NCBI RefSeq assembly: GCF_000021865.1 | Contig: NC_014034.1 | Location: forward strand, 510,001-542,000 | DNA: 32,000 nt | Direction of reading: 5' to 3' | Source: Rhodobacter capsulatus SB 1003 | Lineage (GTDB): Bacteria; Pseudomonadota; Alphaproteobacteria; Rhodobacterales; Rhodobacteraceae | Shown here: positions 25,540 through 32,000 of the stretch, piece after piece | Layout of the letters: each line of letters starts with the position of its first letter | How positions within the stretch are numbered: position 1 is the first letter of the stretch | Notes under the pieces: generated by a model | Database searches by the model: none | What the model saw: only the letters and a program-made list of their open reading frames with translations | What the model was told of the DNA's origin: nothing | Translations under genes and position numbers: made by a program

Positions 25540-26949
25540 ATGAAAATGAAGAGTTTCTTCGGGGCTTGCGCGCTGGGCGCCGCGCTTGCGACGGCTGTGA
25601 CCCTGCCGGTTGCCGCGGAGACGCTGCGCATCGTTTCGGGGACGGGCAGCACGCCGCTGGCGGTGCCGATGAACCGCGCCGTGGTGGTGGAAAGCGACCA
25701 GCCGTTCTCGGAGCTGTCGATCGCCAATCCCGGCATCGCCGATGTCACCACGCTTTCCGACAAGACGATCTACGTTCTGGGCAAGGTGCCCGGCCGCACG
25801 ACGATGACGATCCTCGGGGCCGATGGCACGCTGTTGTCGAATGTCGAAGTGCAGGTCACCCCCGACATCGCCGAGTTCAAGGAACGGCTGAAACAGATCC
25901 TGCCCGGCGAGAATATCGAGGTCCGCACCGCCAATGACGGCATCGTGCTGTCGGGCACCGTGTCCTCCTCGGCGAAACTCGATCGCGCGCTGGATCTGGC
26001 GCGGCGCTATGCGGGCGAGCGGGTGTCGAACCTGATGAATGTCGGCGGCACGCAGCAGGTGATGCTGAAGGTCCGCTTCGCCGAGATGCAGCGCTCGGTG
26101 TCGAAGAACCTCGCCTCGTCGCTGGCGATGCGCGGCACGGTGGGCGGCGGCAATGCCCAGACCGGGGTGATCACCGGCACCGGCAACTTCACCGCGACCG
26201 ATGCGGTGGGCAATGCCTTCGACAAGGGCACGATGCCGATTTCGGCCTCTACCCAGGGCGCGCTGGGCCTTGGCTTCACCGTCGGCAACATGGAATTCGG
26301 CGTGCTGCTGGAGGCGCTGGAAAGCAAGGGGATGGTCCGCACCCTGGCCGAACCGAACCTGACCGCGCTTTCGGGGCAGCAGGCCAAGTTCCTGGCGGGC
26401 GGCGAATATCCGATCCCGGTGGTCGACGACGACGGGATCACCATCGAATACAAGCCCTTCGGCGTCGAGATGTCGTTCATCCCCCGCGTCGTCGACGGCG
26501 ATCTGATCAACCTGGAAATCGCCGCCGCGGTCTCGGCCATCGACACGTCGGTGACGATGACGAACAACGGCACGACGGTGAACGCCTTCAAGCGCCGCGA
26601 GACCTCGACCACGGTCGAGATGCGCGACGGCGAAAGCTTTGCCATCGCCGGGCTGCTGCAGGACGATTTCAACGATCTGAACACGCAGATCCCGTGGCTG
26701 GGCGATGTGCCGGTGCTGGGTTCTCTGTTCCGCTCGACCGCGTTCGAGCGCAAGCAATCCGAACTTGTCATCATCATCACGCCGCATCTGGTCACGCCGA
26801 CGCATGGCGAGGCGCTGGCGCTGCCGACCGACCGCATCAGGCTGCCCAGCGAATCCGAGCTGTTCCTGCGCGGCAAGACCGAGGGCGGCGCCGCGGGCGA
26901 AGTGGCCCGGCAGGATTTTTCCGGCTCCTACGGCTATGTGATGGAGTGA
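25540..26949 (+). CDS. cpaC: Tad pilus secretin CpaC (RcpA)
   Basis: The 469-aa product has a signal peptide. Its pilus-formation N-domain reads LSIANPGIADVTTLSDKTIYVLGKVPGRTTMTI. The secretin domain contains LLEALESKGMVRTLAEPNLTALSGQQAKFLAGGEYP and IPWLGDVPVLGSLFRS. Confidence 0.92.
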   Translation: MKMKSFFGACALGAALATAVTLPVAAETLRIVSGTGSTPLAVPMNRAVVVESDQPFSELSIANPGIADVTTLSDKTIYVLGKVPGRTTMTILGADGTLLSNVEVQVTPDIAEFKERLKQILPGENIEVRTANDGIVLSGTVSSSAKLDRALDLARRYAGERVSNLMNVGGTQQVMLKVRFAEMQRSVSKNLASSLAMRGTVGGGNAQTGVITGTGNFTATDAVGNAFDKGTMPISASTQGALGLGFTVGNMEFGVLLEALESKGMVRTLAEPNLTALSGQQAKFLAGGEYPIPVVDDDGITIEYKPFGVEMSFIPRVVDGDLINLEIAAAVSAIDTSVTMTNNGTTVNAFKRRETSTTVEMRDGESFAIAGLLQDDFNDLNTQIPWLGDVPVLGSLFRSTAFERKQSELVIIITPHLVTPTHGEALALPTDRIRLPSESELFLRGKTEGGAAGEVARQDFSGSYGYVME

Positions 26950-26974
26950 GGGAATGCAGCTTGGGGGCCAGGGC

Positions 26975-27625
26975 ATGCGCTATTGGGTGATCGTCGCGGG
27001 CGCGCTGGCGCTGGCCGGATGCAGCGGTGCCGAAGTGGGCAGCCAGTATGAAACCGGCGGCTTTGGCAATGCCACGATGAACAACACCCTGATGATGACC
27101 GGGCAGCGCGATTTCGCCGTCAGCCTGACGCGCAAATTCGCCCAGGATGTGCCCAATACGGTCAATTTCGCCTTCAACTCGGATCGGCTGGACGGCACGG
27201 CGCAGGCGGCGCTGGCGCAGCAGGCGAACTGGATCAAGCAATTCCCCGAGGTGAAATTCCGCGTCTATGGTCACACCGATCTTGTCGGCTCGGATGCCTA
27301 CAACAAGGCGCTGGGCCTGCGCCGCGCCCGGGCCGTCGTTGCCTTCCTGACCGGGCAGGGGATTTCCCGGTCCCGGCTGGAAGCGGTCGTGTCCTATGGC
27401 AAGACGCAGCCGCTGGTCTATGATCCCGGCCCGAATGCGCAGAACCGCCGCACCGTCACCGAGGTTTCGGGGCTGGTCAAGCGCGCCCCGCAATATTTGA
27501 ACGGCCAATATGCGGAACTGGTGTTCCGCGAATATGTGACCTCGGCCATGCCGGTCAGCATCGTCACGCTCTCCACCGGCCAGTCCAACGGCGGCGGCGG
27601 CGGTGGCGCCAGCGCCGCCCAGTAA
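26975..27625 (+). CDS. OmpA-family peptidoglycan-binding lipoprotein
   Basis: MRYWVIVAGALALAGCSG is a lipobox. The OmpA_C-like domain reads FAFNSDRLD...VYGHTDLVGSDAYNKALGLRRARAV. The C-terminus is a glycine-rich tail (SNGGGGGGASAAQ). An ATG at 26954 is an alternative start. Confidence 0.82.
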   Translation: MRYWVIVAGALALAGCSGAEVGSQYETGGFGNATMNNTLMMTGQRDFAVSLTRKFAQDVPNTVNFAFNSDRLDGTAQAALAQQANWIKQFPEVKFRVYGHTDLVGSDAYNKALGLRRARAVVAFLTGQGISRSRLEAVVSYGKTQPLVYDPGPNAQNRRTVTEVSGLVKRAPQYLNGQYAELVFREYVTSAMPVSIVTLSTGQSNGGGGGGASAAQ

Positions 27626-27646
27626 GACCCGTCAGATCCTCGTTCC

Positions 27647-27672
27647 GGGCGGGCTTTGGCAACAAGGCCCGC
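27647..27672 (+). terminator. Hairpin (possible attenuator or terminator) after the OmpA-like gene
   Basis: The stem ggcgggc (27647-27653) pairs with gcccgcc (27666-27672) around a 12-nt loop and is followed by tgtttg. Confidence 0.4.
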
Positions 27673-27857
27673 CTGTTTGCCGGATCGTCGCCAAATACCC
27701 CACAATTGGAACAATCCGGCCCAAATGTTGCCCAGATTGGCCGCGACCCTTGGCAGGCAGGAAATGGCGCGTCCCCCGAGTCGTGCCCCTTTCGTGGCTG
27801 TGCCGGGCGCAGATTTCCCCGGTCAGGTTGCGAAATGCGTAACAAAGGACCGAGGCA

Positions 27858-29123
27858 ATGAGTGCAGCAGCAAGTCTTTCTCCGGAACCGGCGCCGATCG
27901 TGGCCTGCACGGTCTCCCGGGACGTCTCGAATTTCGACCTGCTGATCGAGGACATGGAGGCCGAGCTGGGCGAAAGCTGGGGCGACCTGACCTTCGAAGA
28001 TGCGGCGGTCTTCCTCAATCAGCCCGATTCCGAACTGCTCGAATTCATCGCCATCGCGGTGGACAACGAAGACGAGAACAATCTGGCGCGGATTTCCGGC
28101 ATCATCGGCACCGCCAAGGAAAAGGGCATCCGCGTCATCCTGATCGCCGAGGAGGTCAGCCCGATCGCCCTGCATCAGCTGCTGCGTCTGGGCGCCGACG
28201 ATTTCGTGCCCTATCCGCTGCCCGAAGGCGCCCTGCACGAGGCGATCGAGCGGCTCGGCCAATCCGATCTGCCGCCCGAACTGCCCGCCGCCGCCGCGGC
28301 TCCGCCCGCCTTCAAGGCCTCGGGCGGGCGCGACGGGGTGGTGCTGCCGGTGCATGGCCTCTCGGGCGGGGTGGGGGCGACGACCTTTGCCGTCAACCTG
28401 GCCTGGGAACTGGCCACGCCCGAGACCTCGAAAAAGGCGCCGGTGCCGCCGCCGCGGGTCTGCCTGCTCGATTTCGACCTGCAATTCGGCACCGCCTCGA
28501 CCTATCTGGACCTGCCGCGCCGCGATCTGGTGTTCGAGATGTTGCAGGACACCGCGCATCTGGATGCCGAAAGCTTCAATCAGGCGCTTTTGACCTTCAA
28601 CGACCGGCTGCATGTGCTGACCGCGCCGTCAGAGATGCTGCCGCTCGACATCGTCACCGCCGAGGATATTTCCCGCATCATCGAGATGGCGCGGTCGAAT
28701 TTCGATTTCGTGGTCATCGACATGCCGACCACCGTCGTCAGCTGGACGGAAACCGTGCTGAGCCAGGCGCATCTGTATTTCGCGCTGATCGAGCTCGACA
28801 TGCGTTCGGCGCAGAACACCTTGCGGATGATCCGGGCGCTGAAGGCGGAAAACCTGCCGGTCGAAAAGCTGCGCTTCGTGCTGAACCGGGCACCGAAATT
28901 CACCGATCTGTCGGGCAAGTCGCGGGTGAAGCGGCTGGCCGAAAGCCTGGATATCGGCATCGAACTGCTGCTGTCGGACTGCGGCCGGATCGTCACCCAG
29001 GCGAATGACCACGGCCTGCCGCTGGCGCTCTCGGCGGCCAAGGCGCCCCTGCGCAAGGAAATCCAGAAGCTGGCCCAGTCCATCGCCGACCTGAACCGCG
29101 CCGCCGAAGCCGCCACGGCCTGA
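27858..29123 (+). CDS. cpaE: CpaE/TadZ-type pilus localisation protein (receiver-like domain plus atypical ParA/MinD ATPase)
   Basis: The 421-aa product has a REC-like N-terminal fold (FIAIAVD, RVILIAEE, GADDFVPYPL). Its deviant Walker A, GLSGGVGATTFAVNLA, lacks the signature lysine, as in TadZ-family proteins. Confidence 0.85.
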   Translation: MSAAASLSPEPAPIVACTVSRDVSNFDLLIEDMEAELGESWGDLTFEDAAVFLNQPDSELLEFIAIAVDNEDENNLARISGIIGTAKEKGIRVILIAEEVSPIALHQLLRLGADDFVPYPLPEGALHEAIERLGQSDLPPELPAAAAAPPAFKASGGRDGVVLPVHGLSGGVGATTFAVNLAWELATPETSKKAPVPPPRVCLLDFDLQFGTASTYLDLPRRDLVFEMLQDTAHLDAESFNQALLTFNDRLHVLTAPSEMLPLDIVTAEDISRIIEMARSNFDFVVIDMPTTVVSWTETVLSQAHLYFALIELDMRSAQNTLRMIRALKAENLPVEKLRFVLNRAPKFTDLSGKSRVKRLAESLDIGIELLLSDCGRIVTQANDHGLPLALSAAKAPLRKEIQKLAQSIADLNRAAEAATA

Positions 29124-29142
29124 GCGGAGCCCGGAGACCGTC

Positions 29143-30603
29143 ATGTTCTCGCGTTACAAGAAATCCGCCGCTGTCGCGCCCCCCGGGGCGGCCCGGCCCG
29201 CCGCCGCGGCCCCGGTGCCGCAGGTGCCGATCGCGGCCACGCCCGAGACGCCGAAACCCGGCGTGCAGCGCCGCGTGATGCCCGGGGCGCCGGTGACGGC
29301 GCAGGCCGCCGCCGCGGACAAGGATCGCAAGCGCAAGGAACGGATGGGCGAGCTCAAGGTCGAGCTGCACAAGCGCCTTTTGGAAAACCTGAACCTGGCC
29401 GCGTTGGAACATGCCTCGGAAGCCGAGCTGAAAGCCGAGATCGCCGCGATCTCGGGCGAGGCGATGACCGAGATGTCGGTGGTGCTGAACGCCGTCGAAC
29501 GGCAAAGCCTGCATCAGGAACTTTACGACGAGGTGATGGGCCTTGGCCCGCTGGAACCGCTTCTGAAGGACGAGACGGTTTCCGACATCCTGGTGAACGG
29601 GCCCAATCAGATTTTTGTCGAACGCTTCGGCAAGCTGCAGCTGTCGGACGTGACCTTCAAGGATGAAAAGCACCTGTTGCGGATCATCGACAAGATCGTG
29701 TCCGCGGTGGGGCGGCGTGTCGATGAAAGCAACCCCTATGTCTACGCCCGTCTGGCCGATGGCTCGCGTTTCAACGCGATGGTGCCCCCGGTCGCGGTGG
29801 ATGGCTCGCTCGTCTCGATCCGGAAATTCAAGAAGGACAAGCTGGCGATCGACGATCTGGTCCGCTTCGGCGCCTTTACCGAGGAAATGGCGGCCTATCT
29901 GCAGGCGGCGGTGGCGACGCGGCTGAATGTGATCGTGTCCGGGGGGACGGGCTCGGGGAAAACGACGACGCTGAATGCGCTGTCGTCCTTCATCGACAAT
30001 TCCGAACGCATCCTGACGATCGAGGACACGGCCGAACTTCAGCTGCAACAGACCCATGTCGGCCGGATGGAAAGCCGCCCGCCGAACGTCGAGGGCAAGG
30101 GCGCGGTGACGCAGCGCGACTGCTTGCGCAACGCGCTGCGGATGCGCCCGGACCGGATCATCGTCGGCGAAACCCGCGGCGAAGAGGTCATCGACATGCT
30201 GCAGGCGATGAACACCGGCCACGACGGCTCGATGACGACGATCCACGCCAACAACGCCCGCGACGGCATCTCGCGTCTGGAAAACATGGTTGCCATGGCG
30301 GGGATTGAAATGCCGCTGAAAGCGGTGCGCAGCCAGATCGCCAGCGCCGTCAACCTGATCGTGCAGGCCTCGCGTCTGCAGGACGGCTCCCGCCGGATGG
30401 TCTCGATCACCGAGATCACCGGGATGGAGGGCGACGTGATCTCGATGCAGGAAATCTTCCGCTACGAGCGGCTGGGCCTTGCGCCCGATGGCAAGATCAT
30501 CGGCCGCTTCACCGCGACCGGCGTGCGCAGCCATTATTCGGACCGCTTCCGGCAATGGGGCTACGACCTGCCCGCCTCGATCTACGAACCGGTTCAGGAC
30601 TGA
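29143..30603 (+). CDS. cpaF: Tad pilus secretion ATPase CpaF/TadA
   Basis: The 486-aa product has Walker [15 protein letters not shown] and Walker [12 protein letters not shown], plus [15 protein letters not shown]. The N-terminal extension is Ala/Pro-rich. Confidence 0.95.
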   Translation: MFSRYKKSAAVAPPGAARPAAAAPVPQVPIAATPETPKPGVQRRVMPGAPVTAQAAAADKDRKRKERMGELKVELHKRLLENLNLAALEHASEAELKAEIAAISGEAMTEMSVVLNAVERQSLHQELYDEVMGLGPLEPLLKDETVSDILVNGPNQIFVERFGKLQLSDVTFKDEKHLLRIIDKIVSAVGRRVDESNPYVYARLADGSRFNAMVPPVAVDGSLVSIRKFKKDKLAIDDLVRFGAFTEEMAAYLQAAVATRLNVIVSGGTGSGKTTTLNALSSFIDNSERILTIEDTAELQLQQTHVGRMESRPPNVEGKGAVTQRDCLRNALRMRPDRIIVGETRGEEVIDMLQAMNTGHDGSMTTIHANNARDGISRLENMVAMAGIEMPLKAVRSQIASAVNLIVQASRLQDGSRRMVSITEITGMEGDVISMQEIFRYERLGLAPDGKIIGRFTATGVRSHYSDRFRQWGYDLPASIYEPVQD

Positions 30604-30618
30604 CGGAGAGCCAAGCCC

Positions 30619-31587
30619 ATGATCATTTCCGCCACGCCGATCATCTATGGCCTGATCTTCGTCGCCGTGCTTCTGATCGTCGAGGGCATCTATCTGCTCG
30701 TCTTCGGCAAGTCGATCTCGCTCAACAACCGGGTGAACCGCCGTCTGGAAATGCTCGACAAGGGGCAGCGGCGCGAACAGGTGCTGGAACAGCTCCGCAA
30801 GGAGGCGACGCAGCATTCGAAGGCGCAGGGCATTCCGTTCTATTCGCTGCTCGCCTCCAAGGCGCAAAAGGCCAATATCGCCTTTTCCCCGATGGCGCTG
30901 ATCGGCGTGATGGTGCTGGTCAGCTTCATCGCCTTTCTGGGCCTGACGCTGGGCACCCAGGCCTCGACCCCGGTGCGGGCGGTGCTGGCGGTGGGGATGG
31001 GCGTCGGCGGGGTCTATTTCTGGGTCAATGGCAAGGCGGGCAAGCGGCTCAAACTGGCCGAGGATCAGCTGCCCGACGCGGTCGAGCTGATGGTGCGCAG
31101 CCTGCGCGTCGGCCATCCGCTTGCCTCGGCGATTCAGGCGGTGGCGAAGGAAATCCCCGATCCCTTGGGCACCGAATTCGGCATCATCGCCGACGAGGCC
31201 GCCTATGGCCGCAACGTCGTCGACAGCCTGCGCGATCTGGCCGAGCGGCTCGACATGCAGGATCTGCGCTTCCTCGCCGTTGCCGTCTCGATCCAGCAGA
31301 CCTCGGGCGGCAACCTGGCCGAGGTGCTCGAAGGTCTGGCCAAAGTGATCCGCTCGCGCTTTCGGCTGTTCCGCCGGGTCCGTGCCATCACCGCCGAGCC
31401 GAAATGGTCCGGCGTCTTCCTGTCGGCCTTTCCGGTCGCCGTGCTGGTGGTGATCCAGGTGGTGGCGCCGACCTATTATGACAATGTCAAGGACTCGCCC
31501 TCCTTCGTTCCGGCGGCGCTGATCGTCTTCGCGCTTTTGGGGGCGAATGTGCTGTTCATGAAGATCATGACGACGATCAAGGTCTGA
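30619..31587 (+). CDS. tadB: Tad pilus inner-membrane platform protein TadB (T2SS F family)
   Basis: The 322-aa product has an N-terminal TM helix and a T2SSF domain (LPDAVELMVRSLRVGHPLASAI...SIQQTSGGNLAEVL). C-terminal TM segments follow. Confidence 0.9.
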   Translation: MIISATPIIYGLIFVAVLLIVEGIYLLVFGKSISLNNRVNRRLEMLDKGQRREQVLEQLRKEATQHSKAQGIPFYSLLASKAQKANIAFSPMALIGVMVLVSFIAFLGLTLGTQASTPVRAVLAVGMGVGGVYFWVNGKAGKRLKLAEDQLPDAVELMVRSLRVGHPLASAIQAVAKEIPDPLGTEFGIIADEAAYGRNVVDSLRDLAERLDMQDLRFLAVAVSIQQTSGGNLAEVLEGLAKVIRSRFRLFRRVRAITAEPKWSGVFLSAFPVAVLVVIQVVAPTYYDNVKDSPSFVPAALIVFALLGANVLFMKIMTTIKV

Positions 31588-31597
31588 GGAGGTCCGG

Positions 31598-32000
31598 ATG
31601 TCCCTGCAAGCGATCACCGACATGCTGACTGCCTGGCTGGGTCCGATGGGCCCGGTCATCGCGCTGGCCGCGCTTGGCGCCGTTCTGGTGCTGGCGGCGC
31701 TGCCCGCGCTGGTGTCGAGACGCGAAGACCCGCTCGACAAGCTGCGCAAAAGCCTGGCGCCGGGCAGCGGAACCGTCGGGGCGGCGCAGGCGACGTCGAA
31801 AAAGGCGCAAAAGCTGCGCAACACCGCGGGCCCCGACAAGCTGCAGAAATTCGCGGGCTTTCTGGAGCCGCAAAGCAAGGAAGAAATGTCGGAAAGCCGC
31901 AAGTGGCTGCACAAGGCGGGCTATCGCGGCCCGCATGTGGTGCGCCATTTTCACGCCGTGCAATTCGCCCTGGCGATTTCGCTGCTGGGCCTCGGCGTGC
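31598..32000 (+). CDS. tadC: Tad pilus platform protein TadC (5' partial, runs off the window)
   Basis: ATG 31598 follows a GAGGAGG SD and the frame is open to the window end. The product starts MSLQAITDMLTAWLGPMGPVIALAALGAVLVLAAL and contains KWLHKAGYRGPHVVRHFHAVQFALAISLLG. It sits in the canonical position after tadB. Confidence 0.8.
   Translation, partial: MSLQAITDMLTAWLGPMGPVIALAALGAVLVLAALPALVSRREDPLDKLRKSLAPGSGTVGAAQATSKKAQKLRNTAGPDKLQKFAGFLEPQSKEEMSESRKWLHKAGYRGPHVVRHFHAVQFALAISLLGLGV

Noticed and set aside
27626-27857. Possible small gene (a cpaD or tadD substitute) in the 232-nt gap upstream of cpaE
   Set aside because: The only ORFs here (27603-27842+ and the 5' part of 27656-29008+) lack an SD. 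They have Arg/Pro/Cys-rich, non-protein-like translations.
28993-31914. 973-aa minus-strand ORF spanning cpaE-cpaF-tadB-tadC
   Set aside because: The translation is dominated by R/G/P/H/D/A low-complexity runs, typical of the antisense frame of high-GC genes. The plus strand holds four ORFs with unmistakable Tad-family motifs and proper SDs.
1-32000. Other long shadow ORFs: 1748-2941+, 6396-7688-, 7430-8386-, 9204-10889+, 11367-12383+, 12295-13302-, 13190-14209-, 13912-14985+, 15009-16274+, 17845-19347-, 21084-22607+, 22832-23860+, 25480-26976-, 27564-28613-, 27656-29008+
   Set aside because: Each overlaps, antisense or out of frame, an ORF with clear family signatures. All show the Arg/Gly/Pro/His-rich, motif-free translations expected from non-coding frames in DNA of about 65% GC.
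1-32000. tRNA, rRNA, CRISPR arrays, IS elements, integrases, prophage or gene-transfer-agent genes, toxin-antitoxin pairs, classic defence systems
   Set aside because: I found none. There are no regularly spaced direct repeats, no T-loop-like GGTTCGAATCC-type sequences in intergenic DNA, and no transposase, integrase, nuclease or helicase-type ORFs. A proper tRNAscan, Infernal or defence-finder run would be needed to be certain.

Overview
This is a high-GC alphaproteobacterial chromosomal segment. The gene content and protein N-termini look Rhodobacteraceae-like, but that cannot be confirmed without a database search.

Positions 1-23.4 kb are densely packed, mostly housekeeping or metabolic genes:
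- a DUF1013/TrcR-like regulator and an RNase T2;
- a COQ9-like protein coupled to a quinone oxidoreductase, and rpsU;
- a small secreted protein coupled to a multi-TM methyl-accepting chemotaxis protein;
- an Lrp regulator divergent from alanine dehydrogenase;
- a GST, a hypothetical protein, SuhB-type inositol monophosphatase and an Fsr-like MFS transporter;
- metR divergent from metF, a PaaI thioesterase and an orphan DUF2235 hydrolase;
- an Orn/Lys decarboxylase divergent from a second Lrp, a VOC protein and valS;
- a lytic transglycosylase translationally coupled to a HAD-UbiA fusion that resembles a polyprenyl-phosphate phosphoribosyltransferase.

Positions 23.8-32.0 kb are a Tad/Cpa (Flp, type IVc) pilus locus: two tandem Flp-like pilins, cpaB, cpaC (secretin), an OmpA-type lipoprotein, cpaE/tadZ, cpaF/tadA, tadB and the 5' part of tadC.

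I recognised no rRNA, tRNA, CRISPR array, transposase, integrase or phage genes, and I did not find a convincing, entirely new multi-gene system.

The items most worth a second look are:
1. the non-canonical pilin pair, whose mature N-terminus reads A(V/I)TVDW instead of xxxxEY;
2. the envelope operon divergent from the pilin genes;
3. a roughly 300-nt low-GC, rare-codon patch inside valS;
4. an implausible 3' end of the MCP gene that reads through the rpsU terminator and into rpsU;
5. a small dispersed intergenic repeat and palindrome family;
6. two CtrA-like boxes.

Many long ORFs in the six-frame track are antisense or out-of-frame artefacts typical of high-GC DNA, and I rejected them.
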